64,000 nucleotides of DNA from a virus (taxonomy: Duplodnaviria > Heunggongvirae > Uroviricota > Caudoviricetes): IMG/VR virus record IMGVR_UViG_3300028840_008153, positions 99,143 through 163,142 of that record, one strand, 5' to 3'. Of this stretch, positions 35,322 through 43,398 are shown piece by piece. The position numbers and the translations under genes are program-made. The notes under the pieces are model-generated. The model did not search any database, was not told the origin of the DNA, and saw nothing but the letters and a program-made list of their open reading frames with translations. How positions within the stretch are numbered: the stretch's first letter is position 1; each line of letters begins with the position of its first letter.

Positions 35322-36044
35322 TCAACTGAACTTCTTGATGATCTTCGCCAGCTCTTTCACGCTGGTGCGAACCACCTGACGCATGTTGTGTCCTACACAC
35401 TCCGCCAGAAGATACCTTGCATCGTTCGGGTCCTCCAGGACGTTGATGATGCGAAGATACTTCGGCTGCCGCGTCTTGGGACGCCGCTCATGGGGAGGGA
35501 TCTCTCCCCGTTCGGGACGGTCATAGTCGAAGATCACCTTGGCCTCTTCGGCTGTGACCTTGCTGAAGTTCTTCTCGACGGCCGTGTTCTTCTTGATCAC
35601 GACTGTCGTGGCGTCGGCATTGATGCGCTTCTGCGTTTCTTCGGGCAGCCTCAGGAAAAGATCCGTGGTCACCCATTCCTTCTCGAACGCGACCTTGCTC
35701 ATCACGCCCGCGCCGTACGCGTGGATCTTGGTGAAAAGGCCGTACGAAATGCCAGAACCAGCAACCACTTCGTTGTAGAACTCCTCCACCTGGTGGTCGG
35801 CGAGCTGGCCGATCTTCTTCTTGTGTTTCAGAAGCACCTTGCGCATGCCGGCTTTGTAGGCGACCTTGAGCTTCTCGATCTCCTTGCCGACAGCCTCGCA
35901 CAGCTTCTCAAACTCAGCCTCAGGAAGACCGGAGCCCCCCAGTCCCGGAGGAATTCGTCGAGGGGGCTTGCATGCTGGACTAATCCGTGCCATCCGTTGC
36001 CTCCTTTTTCCTTTTTCCGTAGCTGCTGACAGAGTCCACGACAT
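35322..36044 (-). CDS. Uncharacterised protein (240 aa, or 223 aa from the alternative start at 35993) encoded between the two arrays
   Basis: The alternative start MARISPACKPP (ATG 35993) has an AAGGAGG RBS at 7 nt spacing and overlaps the 575-aa gene's stop by 14 nt. No recognisable family; a Gly-rich segment VVAGSGISYGLFTKIHAYGAG. Confidence 0.5.
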   Translation of the reverse strand: MSWTLSAATEKGKRRQRMARISPACKPPRRIPPGLGGSGLPEAEFEKLCEAVGKEIEKLKVAYKAGMRKVLLKHKKKIGQLADHQVEEFYNEVVAGSGISYGLFTKIHAYGAGVMSKVAFEKEWVTTDLFLRLPEETQKRINADATTVVIKKNTAVEKNFSKVTAEEAKVIFDYDRPERGEIPPHERRPKTRQPKYLRIINVLEDPNDARYLLAECVGHNMRQVVRTSVKELAKIIKKFS

Positions 36045-37707
36045 CCGTGGAAATCTCCTTCATCAGATCCTGCAGCTTGACCAAACGCTGCTCTTCCCCT
36101 TCGGCAACCTCCTTCCGTTTGAGCTTGATCTGGGCCTCCTCTTCTTCCTCCGACAGGTTTCGGGCCTTGATTTCATCGACGGCGTCGGCCGTCTTTTTCT
36201 TCTTTTCCTCCTTCCACGTGCAGGGCCCGCTGTACGCGATGTAGAATTTCCGGCAGCGCTGGTGCAAGGCTTCATCAAAGAAGGCCCACTGGAAAGGCTC
36301 GATGCCTTCCAGTCGCTCCTCAGGCGTGTTTGGCCCGGGAAGCGCGAACAGGCTGAGGTTGCCGCAGGCCCAAGGCTTCAGCCTTCTTACGATGTTCCGC
36401 GCCAAAATCCTGATTTCCTGCTCCACCACCTTCGCCCTGCGGACGGATAGGTCCTGCAACTGCGCTCGCCATTTGGTTGCTGCCCGGCTGCGTCCATCGA
36501 CGGACTGTATGAGGTCCTTCAGCTTGTTCTTTCTCTGCCGAAGGTCCTTCAACCGGCGAACCGTGTTGTTCAGCGGAATGTGGTACATGCGCCACTTGTC
36601 CGCCTTTTCCTTGGCGCGCGTCTTCTTCTCGACAGCGACGTGCACGAGGAAGTCCAGCCCCTCATACTTGTTCTCGCCGGGAACCTCCTTGATGTACACG
36701 TACGCGCTGCGCTTGTGCTTCTGGGCCTGCCGTTGAACGGGGGGCCGAACGTAGGACACGTCCAAGAAGAGCCGGTCTTTTCGATCCAGCCGCAAGCAGG
36801 CGCACTGGTACTCCCAAGCAAGTTGCTCGACGACCTTGACCTTGCCGGTCTTCTTGTTCTTCTGCAGCTTCGGAGCCGGCTGCGGCATGAAGTGGTTGAA
36901 CACGCTGGCGGAGACGTCATCCAGCTTTTTCACCTCCGTCTTCGTCTTCCCGTTCTGCCCCATTTCAAACGGTCCTTTTGTGAGCAACCGAATGGGCGTG
37001 TCCGTGTGTGGCTCGATATTGAGTGAGAACCCCCACTTCTCCAGAATGCCGTCTTCATCGTCCTCCTCACGCTCCTTGAAGGGAACGAACTCCCGCCGGG
37101 TCTCATAACCCATGATCTTCAGCGTCGAGTGCTCCATCAAAGGAAGCGCCCTTTCCATGGAGACATGAAGAATGTCCCTGGAAATGCCCCTGCGCGGGTC
37201 CTTCGTCGTGAGCGCCGCCTTCACGTCTGAGCGCATGCAGTCCCAAACGGAAGCCTTGAAGCGGAAGGGATGATGCTTGTCGTGAGCGAATTCCTCCATC
37301 ATGGCCGCCCACTCGCCGTGAAGGCCGTAGTAGGTCACGTTGGGGTTGAAGTCCGTCCCCCGCGTCACGAGCGCCAGGAACTGCTCGATCCGCTCCCTGT
37401 CAAGCTCCGCGCGAATGTCACCGTCCTTCGTGAAGTGAAGTCTGCCCCCTAAACGAAGGCAGGCACCCCCGATGTCCACGAGCCGCTGGAGCATGAAACG
37501 GTAAGCCTGCAACATCCTGATGACCCGTTGTCTCTCCTCGAAGGTCTCGCAAACGACCCTGAAGGAGTGGCAGCACTGAAGCCAATCTTCCTGGCCGGGT
37601 TTGTTCAACGCGCCCGGCTTCCGGCCGTCGCCTCGAACCCCGCGCTTCCCTTTTTTCTTGGTCTTCTTCTTGGTTTTCTCTGCGGCCTTTTTCAGTAGCA
37701 CGGCCAT
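35980..37707 (-). CDS. Uncharacterised 575-aa basic protein between the arrays; candidate nucleic-acid-binding effector
   Basis: Real ATG at 37707 (MAVLLKKAAEKTKKKTKKKGKRG...) with AAAGGAGG RBS; the track ORF starts at GTG 37734. Lys-rich N-terminus, scattered Cys clusters (QCAC, WACGN, CRK...GPC), and a C-terminal TADAVDEIKARNL that weakly resembles a RuvC-III (DADxNAAxNI) motif. Confidence 0.6.
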   Translation of the reverse strand: MAVLLKKAAEKTKKKTKKKGKRGVRGDGRKPGALNKPGQEDWLQCCHSFRVVCETFEERQRVIRMLQAYRFMLQRLVDIGGACLRLGGRLHFTKDGDIRAELDRERIEQFLALVTRGTDFNPNVTYYGLHGEWAAMMEEFAHDKHHPFRFKASVWDCMRSDVKAALTTKDPRRGISRDILHVSMERALPLMEHSTLKIMGYETRREFVPFKEREEDDEDGILEKWGFSLNIEPHTDTPIRLLTKGPFEMGQNGKTKTEVKKLDDVSASVFNHFMPQPAPKLQKNKKTGKVKVVEQLAWEYQCACLRLDRKDRLFLDVSYVRPPVQRQAQKHKRSAYVYIKEVPGENKYEGLDFLVHVAVEKKTRAKEKADKWRMYHIPLNNTVRRLKDLRQRKNKLKDLIQSVDGRSRAATKWRAQLQDLSVRRAKVVEQEIRILARNIVRRLKPWACGNLSLFALPGPNTPEERLEGIEPFQWAFFDEALHQRCRKFYIAYSGPCTWKEEKKKKTADAVDEIKARNLSEEEEEAQIKLKRKEVAEGEEQRLVKLQDLMKEISTDVVDSVSSYGKRKKEATDGTD

Positions 37708-37818
37708 GTGGCCTCCTTTCAAAGCGCCTCCCACGGGAGGCTCAGGTCATGGACCCTGACGATTGCCGGAGCTTCCGGCATAACGCTCGCCCTAAGCGCA
37801 AACACGAATGACGAGATC

Positions 37819-38462
37819 GGCCCATCCCCACACGTATGGGGCAGCCTCAAAATCAAAGCGGTAAACTGCCGTCCCCATCGGCCCACCCCCAACTGAAAAA
37901 GGAGAACGGAACGGGTCCATCCCTACGCGTATGGGGCAGCCGCCAGCAACATCCTGCGCCACAGCCCTTGACTCGGCCCATCCCTACGCGTATGAGGCAG
38001 CCGCATGGAAATGCGTGGGCAAGTTGACGGATGAGGGCCCATCCCCACTGACACCATCTCAGACGCGCTGCGGCCCATCCCCATGCGCGTGGGGCAGTCG
38101 CGCAACTGCCGAACTGCTGAATCTACGTAGCGGGCCCATCCCGCGTGTATGGGGAAGCCTGGGACCGCGCTGAAGACCCGGCTACCGGGCGGGCCCATCC
38201 CCACGCGTACGGGGCAGCCCCCCCCTCGGGCAGTATCCGTGCTCCTCGGTCCACGGCCCATCCCCGCGCGTATGGGGCAGCCAACGAGGTACTGCTGGGG
38301 CAGGTGCAGGCCCTGGGCCCATCTCCACGCGTATAGGGCAGCGGCACAGACAATGGGAGGATAGCCATGAAAGAGGGCCCATCCCCACGCGTATGGGCAG
38401 CCCGGACATACTCGCAGACCGCAGGATGCACGCCGGGCCCATAAGCCAATATGACACAGGTG
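37819..38462. CRISPR. CRISPR-like array 2: about 10 degenerate repeats of 28 nt (GGCCCATCCCCACGCGTATGGGGCAGCC), spacers 32-36 nt
   Basis: Repeat starts at 37819, 37914, 37975, 38072, 38133, 38192, 38255, 38316 and 38375. Heavily mutated units sit at 37880 and 38036, with a truncated remnant at 38435. Repeat hairpin is CCCCA-cgcgta-TGGGG. It shares the 5' GGCCCAYCC with the array-1 repeat. The array looks decaying, with 1-3 mismatches per repeat. Confidence 0.7.
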
Positions 38463-38540
38463 GGGATGGTCAGCTCATGGAGCTTGGTGATTACTGGAGC
38501 AGTCCCTCCAGCCTGGCGCTCACCCCGGGCGCAAAACCGT
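38463..38540. other. Leader-like flank shared by both arrays (copy 2)
   Basis: Near-identical to 35228..35315. Confidence 0.5.
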
Positions 38541-38607
38541 GTCATAGAAATTGGCTGTACTTTATTTTAACGCAAACGCGCGGAGAAATTAGGGGGCGCC
38601 GGTAGGG

Positions 38608-38727
38608 TTATTCCTCTATGTACTTGTCGAGCCAGCGCTTGTACCACTTGATGCCGTAGTGGATGAGGGCAACAAGCCCGATTCCTGAGAGCAACACCAG
38701 CGTGGCCATGCCTGCAACGGTAATCAT
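38608..38727 (-). CDS. Small membrane protein (39 aa), paralogue of 34324..34488
   Basis: MITVAGMATLVLLSGIGLVALIHYGIKWYKRWLDKYIEE; AGGAGG RBS 5 nt upstream. Not in the track (under 60 aa). Confidence 0.45.
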   Translation of the reverse strand: MITVAGMATLVLLSGIGLVALIHYGIKWYKRWLDKYIEE

Positions 38728-38736
38728 CGCATCCTC

Positions 38737-38958
38737 CTAGCCTACGGCCTCCTGAAACGCCTCCATCACCTCCGGGCGCAAGCACCAGAAGTGAACACGA
38801 ATCCACGGCCCCTTCTTGCTGCCCGCATAGAAGTAGCGGGGAAAGGGGTACTCATCGTTGGCAGGCGCCCTCCAATACCATGTCGTCATCCCGTTCTTGG
38901 TGCGAACGAGGATGGCATCGTTCTCCCGCCACACAGTTACGCTCAAGCCGTCGTTCAT
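38737..38958 (-). CDS. Hypothetical protein (about 73 aa)
   Basis: Trimmed to MNDGLSVTVWRENDAILVRTKNGMTTWYWR...; the upstream part of the track ORF is low-complexity. Confidence 0.4.
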   Translation of the reverse strand: MNDGLSVTVWRENDAILVRTKNGMTTWYWRAPANDEYPFPRYFYAGSKKGPWIRVHFWCLRPEVMEAFQEAVG

Positions 38959-39031
38959 TTGATCGCTCTCAAAAGAAAGGGGAGCCCGAGGGCTCCCCAA
39001 TCTTACCGGTGCTGGCCTTTCCACCCTACTC

Positions 39032-39523
39032 TCATTCGATCTGCCGGTGTCTGTAGTCGACGAATCCGGTGGAGGCGCCGATGAAGAACGCGCCGGTAAT
39101 GCCGGCGACCTCATCGTTCAACGTCTTCCACTCAGGATGGCGCTTGAAGAGGGCGTCCAATTCTTCCAAGAGAATGCGCGCAGCCTTTTTGCAAATCAGT
39201 CGTAAGGCTTTCTTTTCGTCTCCCGGCAGCTCGTCATCGATCAGCTTCTGGAGTTCTGGTAAAGCTGAGATGAAGCCCCCTTCCTTATATTCAGTAACAC
39301 TGGCAGCGATCTTCTCCACGATGTTTTTGACCGCTGCTGCTTCCTCCTCGGTCGGATTCGCCGTCGAGAGCCACGTGAGCGTAGCAACCGACCCTGCCTC
39401 CTTTGCGAGCTTTTTGCGGCCCTCTACAGTCTCCCATGGTTTCTCGCCGCCGCCGAAACAGCCCGTCATCATTAGCAGCAGCAAACAGATACCCCCTGCG
39501 GATGTGACCCTGAAGGTCATCAT
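39032..39523 (-). CDS. Lipoprotein (163 aa)
   Basis: Signal peptide plus lipobox MMTFRVTSAGGICLLLLMMTGC. Confidence 0.5.
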   Translation of the reverse strand: MMTFRVTSAGGICLLLLMMTGCFGGGEKPWETVEGRKKLAKEAGSVATLTWLSTANPTEEEAAAVKNIVEKIAASVTEYKEGGFISALPELQKLIDDELPGDEKKALRLICKKAARILLEELDALFKRHPEWKTLNDEVAGITGAFFIGASTGFVDYRHRQIE

Positions 39524-39879
39524 GGCTTCTCCTCCTTAGCGGTTTCTCTTTTGCGCTTTGCCCTCTGCCGGATGAGGCCCAAATCGATCGGGTCCTCCGG
39601 CCAGAAGAAGCGCAGACCCTTACCATTCTTCACTAAGTACGCCGGGATCTCAACAGAGAAATTCAGGGTTGACCGGCCCTCCTGATGGGGATTTGGCAAC
39701 TCTGGAAGGTGTTCGCTGGCCCGGTCATACAGGATCTCGTAGCAGTCCGCGCAGTAGACTTCCAGGCGATGGCCGGGAATCGTGATGATCGCCCAGAGCC
39801 ACCCTTCCGGCTCGGAGCGCAACTGGCACAGGCGGCATTGGGAACTGATGTTCCGTGAGACCTGGATCTCAAGCCTCAT
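39520..39879 (-). CDS. Hypothetical Cys-containing protein (about 119 aa)
   Basis: Trimmed to MRLEIQVSRNISSQCRLCQ...; the N-terminal 77 codons of the track ORF are Ser/Arg-rich. Confidence 0.35.
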   Translation of the reverse strand: MRLEIQVSRNISSQCRLCQLRSEPEGWLWAIITIPGHRLEVYCADCYEILYDRASEHLPELPNPHQEGRSTLNFSVEIPAYLVKNGKGLRFFWPEDPIDLGLIRQRAKRKRETAKEEKP

Positions 39880-40231
39880 GCTCTCGTTGATAACGTCCTT
39901 CTCTGCGGGCAATTTCAGCCACCTCCCGAAGAGCGATGATGATGCGGGGCTCACTGCCCCGCCGGATGAAAGGCACCGTCTCCCCGTGGCCGGGAAGCGC
40001 ATATTGGATCTGCACGCGGTTCGTGCTCGGCGACCAGTTGATGACGTACTCGTCCCGCCTGAACTGGTAGCCATGCTCCACCCGCAGGATCTCAATGCCG
40101 GCCGACTCACACAGCTGCCGGATCTGGGGCATGATGCGAGCCGCGCGATCCTTGCGCTTGCGTTTGTAGAGCTTTCGGACCTTGCGAGCGGTCTTCCAGT
40201 ATTCAGACATCGGAATCGGTTCCGAAATCAC
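39869..40231 (-). CDS. Hypothetical basic protein (120 aa)
   Basis: ORF. Confidence 0.4.
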   Translation of the reverse strand: MISEPIPMSEYWKTARKVRKLYKRKRKDRAARIMPQIRQLCESAGIEILRVEHGYQFRRDEYVINWSPSTNRVQIQYALPGHGETVPFIRRGSEPRIIIALREVAEIARREGRYQREHEA

Positions 40232-40455
40232 CTGAAGAGCTTCCGAAGCAGCCGCACGATCTCCCCCTCATGAGGGAATCTACCCTCTTCTCGCTTCGAC
40301 CACACGACCTTCTCGTTGACAACGACCTCGAAGCGGCCCTTGCCGACGTCCTCCGTGGAGCACTTGATGCCCAAATACTTCTCGATTTCCCCGGCGACCC
40401 GCCGGGCATTGGGCTCGCCCCCTCACATCAGGCAGAACTTGATGCTGATTTGCAT
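40228..40455 (-). CDS. SelW/Rdx-family selenoprotein (75 aa) with in-frame TGA (Sec) at codon 11
   Basis: Minus-strand translation is MQISIKFCLM-U-GGEPNARRVAGEIEKYLGIKCSTEDVGKGRFEVVVNEKVVWSKREEGRFPHEGEIVRLLRKLFR. CLMU is the CxxU redox motif and GRFEVxVN...SK...GRFP is the Rdx-family core. AGGAGA RBS 6 nt upstream of the ATG at 40455. The TGA sits at 40425..40423. A SECIS-like hairpin CCCGGCG-GGU-CGCCGGG begins 17 nt downstream of the UGA. Missing from the ORF track because of the internal TGA. Confidence 0.6.
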
Positions 40456-40721
40456 TTACGTCTCCTGTCGGGAAACTCGGCACGAAAATCCTCGTCCGGC
40501 GGCTCGTACTCCAGTGTGCCGTCGCTGGCCGCATACCAGTATCCCAAATCCAGTATGTCAAAGCCAGTGTCCAGTTCCCCGTAGGTTTCCTTGTGCTCGT
40601 CCAGATCGAACTTGAGGATGGTGACCTCCATCGCCTCCTGAATCTCGTGCAGGTTCAAAGGCAGCCCGATCTCGTTGATCTCGAAGTCTCCGTTGGAGGA
40701 GTGTACGACCATTTCCGCCAT
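40428..40721 (-). CDS. Hypothetical acidic protein (97 aa)
   Basis: ORF; overlaps the selenoprotein start by 28 nt. Confidence 0.4.
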   Translation of the reverse strand: MAEMVVHSSNGDFEINEIGLPLNLHEIQEAMEVTILKFDLDEHKETYGELDTGFDILDLGYWYAASDGTLEYEPPDEDFRAEFPDRRRKCKSASSSA

Positions 40722-40956
40722 AAGAACTCCTGATTAATGAGCCGTGCGGGCACTCGATTAGCCATGGCCCGCTATCGAAGGACGCTTTCGGGCCTACGTC
40801 TACCGGCCCAGCCCCTCGGAAGGGGGAGAACTCCGGGGACCTTCACCCTAGGCGCAACCCTTCTCGTATATCACGGATTTGTCGCCGGCTTTAAGAGGGA
40901 GGGACGCTCGCGTCGGAGGCCGCCCCTCGCAGCCTGACGTGCCCGCACAGCTCAAC

Positions 40957-41619
40957 TCACTTGTTTCCATGCTTCTTGAGCCAGTCTTCCGTGGCTTTCC
41001 CCGGCGGGGGAAGCCACGGATCTTTAGGGTCCGGCTTCACCTCTTTCTTCTCAGCCTTCTTTGGCTCCGGTGCAGGCTCCGGCACGGGCGCCGGAGCAGG
41101 CGCTGGTTCGGGAGCCGCTGGAAGCAGTTCCCTGATGTTCTTGACGGTTACGGCCATCTCCTTGGGGAGCTTTACGGCCTCGCCCTTCACCCGAATGATC
41201 TGCGGCTCCTTCGTCTTCGGATCGAGCATCACCACGAAGGTGCTGACGCTGGGCGATGGTACAGGTTCCCTTGGAAGGGAAACCACAGGTGTCGGCTGGC
41301 TGGCGATGGCCGCCGCCAGCGTGGTGTGAAGCTGCTCCTGCTGAACTTTTGCTTCACGCTGTCCGTCCACCACTCCGGCTCCGTAGCCCCAACGCCAGCC
41401 GAAGAACAGGGCCAGGCCCACGGTCAGAAAACAGCCCAGCCAAGTCAGAATCAGGATCTGGGCCAGGTGTGCCCCTCGCATGTTCGAGATCTGAAGCGGC
41501 CCCGGGCGCTTGATGGCGTCGATCCGGTCCAGGACGGCCTGCGGCACCGTTGGTTTAACGTCTGCAGTCGACGGTGCTTCCGGCTGGACGTTGGTGGAAC
41601 CCTCTGCGCTTTGCACCAT
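40957..41619 (-). CDS. Membrane protein with a Pro-rich C-terminal region (about 220 aa)
   Basis: Real start near MVQSAEG...; TM helix AQILILTWLGCFLTVGLALFFGW; PEPAPAPAPVPEPAPEPKK. The first roughly 167 codons of the track ORF are Ser/Arg/Thr-rich read-through. Confidence 0.4.
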   Translation of the reverse strand: MVQSAEGSTNVQPEAPSTADVKPTVPQAVLDRIDAIKRPGPLQISNMRGAHLAQILILTWLGCFLTVGLALFFGWRWGYGAGVVDGQREAKVQQEQLHTTLAAAIASQPTPVVSLPREPVPSPSVSTFVVMLDPKTKEPQIIRVKGEAVKLPKEMAVTVKNIRELLPAAPEPAPAPAPVPEPAPEPKKAEKKEVKPDPKDPWLPPPGKATEDWLKKHGNK

Positions 41620-42271
41620 TCGGCCTGATTCCTTTCCAAAACTTGTGGAAAGGCAGTCCCTGTTGCCGGACCGCCTCCCCAAGCAATGTGTCGCCCCCAT
41701 TATGCTCCAAGCGCGGGTCGGGCCAATCCAAAAGCTCCTGCACGTCGCGTCGAAGCCACCAGTAGCTTCCCTGAGCAAACTCCACGATGGGTCTGGTTCC
41801 GCGCATCTTGGGCGGCAGCCCCTTATACCAGCTCGACTGCTTGATGAACTCCATCTGCCCCGGCAAGTAATCGACGAACCAGGGCTGGCCCACGTAGCAG
41901 ATGTTCTCGTTCTCACGGGCCTCGATGTACTCTCGCATTTGGTCGAACCACTTGGTGCCGTTGTCCTGCAGTTCGAGGCGTGAGTCGTCGTCAAACCAGA
42001 CGACCCACTTCTGGTTCGTGAGCTTGCTGAACATCCGCCGCATCGCCACGTACTTGTGCGTATTGCCCGGCTCATGGACGTAGCGCGTGTTGTTCGACGG
42101 GTTTCGACAGAACTGCTCAATGATCTTGAGGGACTCTGCTCCCGGCTCGTTGAGCCAGAGCAGCGCCTGGGTAACTTCAGGCTTGTGTGTCAGGATTCCC
42201 AGAACGTGCCGGTGAAGGTCGGGGTAGTCGCCGTACACCAGCGCGTGAATCTTCACTTCCTCTGGTTTCAT
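41555..42271 (-). CDS. Glycosyltransferase-like protein with a DxD motif
   Basis: Real start MKPEEVKIHALVYG...; WVVWFDDDS (DxD); overlap with the upstream stop. Confidence 0.45.
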   Translation of the reverse strand: MKPEEVKIHALVYGDYPDLHRHVLGILTHKPEVTQALLWLNEPGAESLKIIEQFCRNPSNNTRYVHEPGNTHKYVAMRRMFSKLTNQKWVVWFDDDSRLELQDNGTKWFDQMREYIEARENENICYVGQPWFVDYLPGQMEFIKQSSWYKGLPPKMRGTRPIVEFAQGSYWWLRRDVQELLDWPDPRLEHNGGDTLLGEAVRQQGLPFHKFWKGIRPNGAKRRGFHQRPAGSTVDCRR

Positions 42272-42819
42272 TAAAAGTCCTTCCATCCAGCGGCCCACTG
42301 CTTGCGCTCCACAGTCAGCCACTGCGCCGTAATGGCCTTGGAGAACCGAACATGAAGCAGCGCGCAAAGCGCATCGGCCTCCCATGTCGTGCAGTGACAT
42401 CCGATGTGCCACGACGTCGCGCAGGCCCCGGAGTCGGTGAGCAGAAAACCATTGTTCTTGACCAGGTCCACCACCTGCTTGCGCATGGACCCGCCGATCA
42501 TGGCGTTGTGCTTGCGTACGCCCTCAACGGCGTTCGGGGTGTTCTTCAGCTGCTGTACGGCCTCCTTGACGGTGTCCTCCCCCGCCTCGGTCTTGCCGCG
42601 CACGTCCACCATCCAGCAGCAGATGTGAGGAAAGACGTGAGGAAGCGACGACAGCCTGGAAACCACTTTCTGGCACTCCATGGCTGCCGCCCCAATGGCC
42701 TGCTGCCGCGCCTGGGCCTGTTCGGGGTCCATGGGGCCTTCGTTCGGCCCTTCAGCCAGCACGCCATTATACTTCTCCATGGCAGCCAGCAGCTGACGTT
42801 TGGCTTCCTCAACTGTCAT
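42271..42819 (-). CDS. Hypothetical protein (about 182 aa)
   Basis: Trimmed to MMTVEEAKRQLLAAMEKYNG. Confidence 0.4.
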   Translation of the reverse strand: MTVEEAKRQLLAAMEKYNGVLAEGPNEGPMDPEQAQARQQAIGAAAMECQKVVSRLSSLPHVFPHICCWMVDVRGKTEAGEDTVKEAVQQLKNTPNAVEGVRKHNAMIGGSMRKQVVDLVKNNGFLLTDSGACATSWHIGCHCTTWEADALCALLHVRFSKAITAQWLTVERKQWAAGWKDF

Positions 42820-43102
42820 CATCTTCGTCGTCTTCCTCGTCATCGTCCCAGCCGTCGTCTTCCTCGTCCTCGTCTTCGTAGGCGTTATAGTCCTCGTAAC
42901 AAGGGTTGCAGAGGGGCTTGCCGTCCCCATCGAAGCCCCACTCTTCGTCTTTGCACCGCTTCAGAAGCTCCTGCTGAGCTTTCATGGACGTCTCGTTTTC
43001 GTCATCTCCACTTGTTTCCAGGGTATCCGAGCACGCCTCGCAGGATATCCTGGCCACGAACCTCGGAAAGACTTCCATCGCACGTTTGAAACTGGGCATC
43101 AC
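42809..43102 (-). CDS. Acidic Cys-containing protein (97 aa)
   Basis: C-terminal DEDEEDDGWDDDEEDDEDDDS. Confidence 0.4.
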   Translation of the reverse strand: MMPSFKRAMEVFPRFVARISCEACSDTLETSGDDENETSMKAQQELLKRCKDEEWGFDGDGKPLCNPCYEDYNAYEDEDEEDDGWDDDEEDDEDDDS

Positions 43103-43398
43103 GTGCCTCCAAACGGATTCTTCTTCACTCCAGATTGCCCCATCGCACGGCGACGGCGCACGGCGTCGTAATCATCCATGGTTGCCTCTCCCCGGGCAAC
43201 CTGGCTTTGTGCGTAGGCGTCATCCATGCGGTTCAGCAGTTTCCTGACCTCGCACAGCATCGCCCACTGCTGGTTCGGGTGCAGTTGCTTTCGAAAGATG
43301 TCCTCCTCAAACATCAGCGTCCCGCCGTTCATGATGTCCCGGCCGTTGACCGTGACATCGGCGCCGTGCAGCTCAACCATCAGCTCCAGAATCTTCAT
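43099..43398 (-). CDS. Hypothetical protein (about 99 aa)
   Basis: Trimmed to MKILELMVELHGADVTVNGRD...; preceded by a 300-nt intergenic region. Confidence 0.4.
   Translation of the reverse strand: MKILELMVELHGADVTVNGRDIMNGGTLMFEEDIFRKQLHPNQQWAMLCEVRKLLNRMDDAYAQSQVARGEATMDDYDAVRRRRAMGQSGVKKNPFGGT

Noticed and set aside
38435-38462. Apparent terminal degenerate repeat of array 2 (GGCCCATAAGCCAATATGACACAGGTGG)
   Set aside because: Beyond the first 7 nt it aligns with the flank after array 1 (…ATGACA…GGTGG…GGTCAGCTC), so it is a truncated repeat fused to the leader-like flank rather than a full degenerate repeat.
38567-38806. 79-aa minus ORF (MDSCSLLVLAPGGDGG...)
   Set aside because: Low-complexity and Arg/Gly-rich. 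The 39-aa membrane peptide in another frame, with an AGGAGG RBS and a paralogue at 34324..34488, is the better call.
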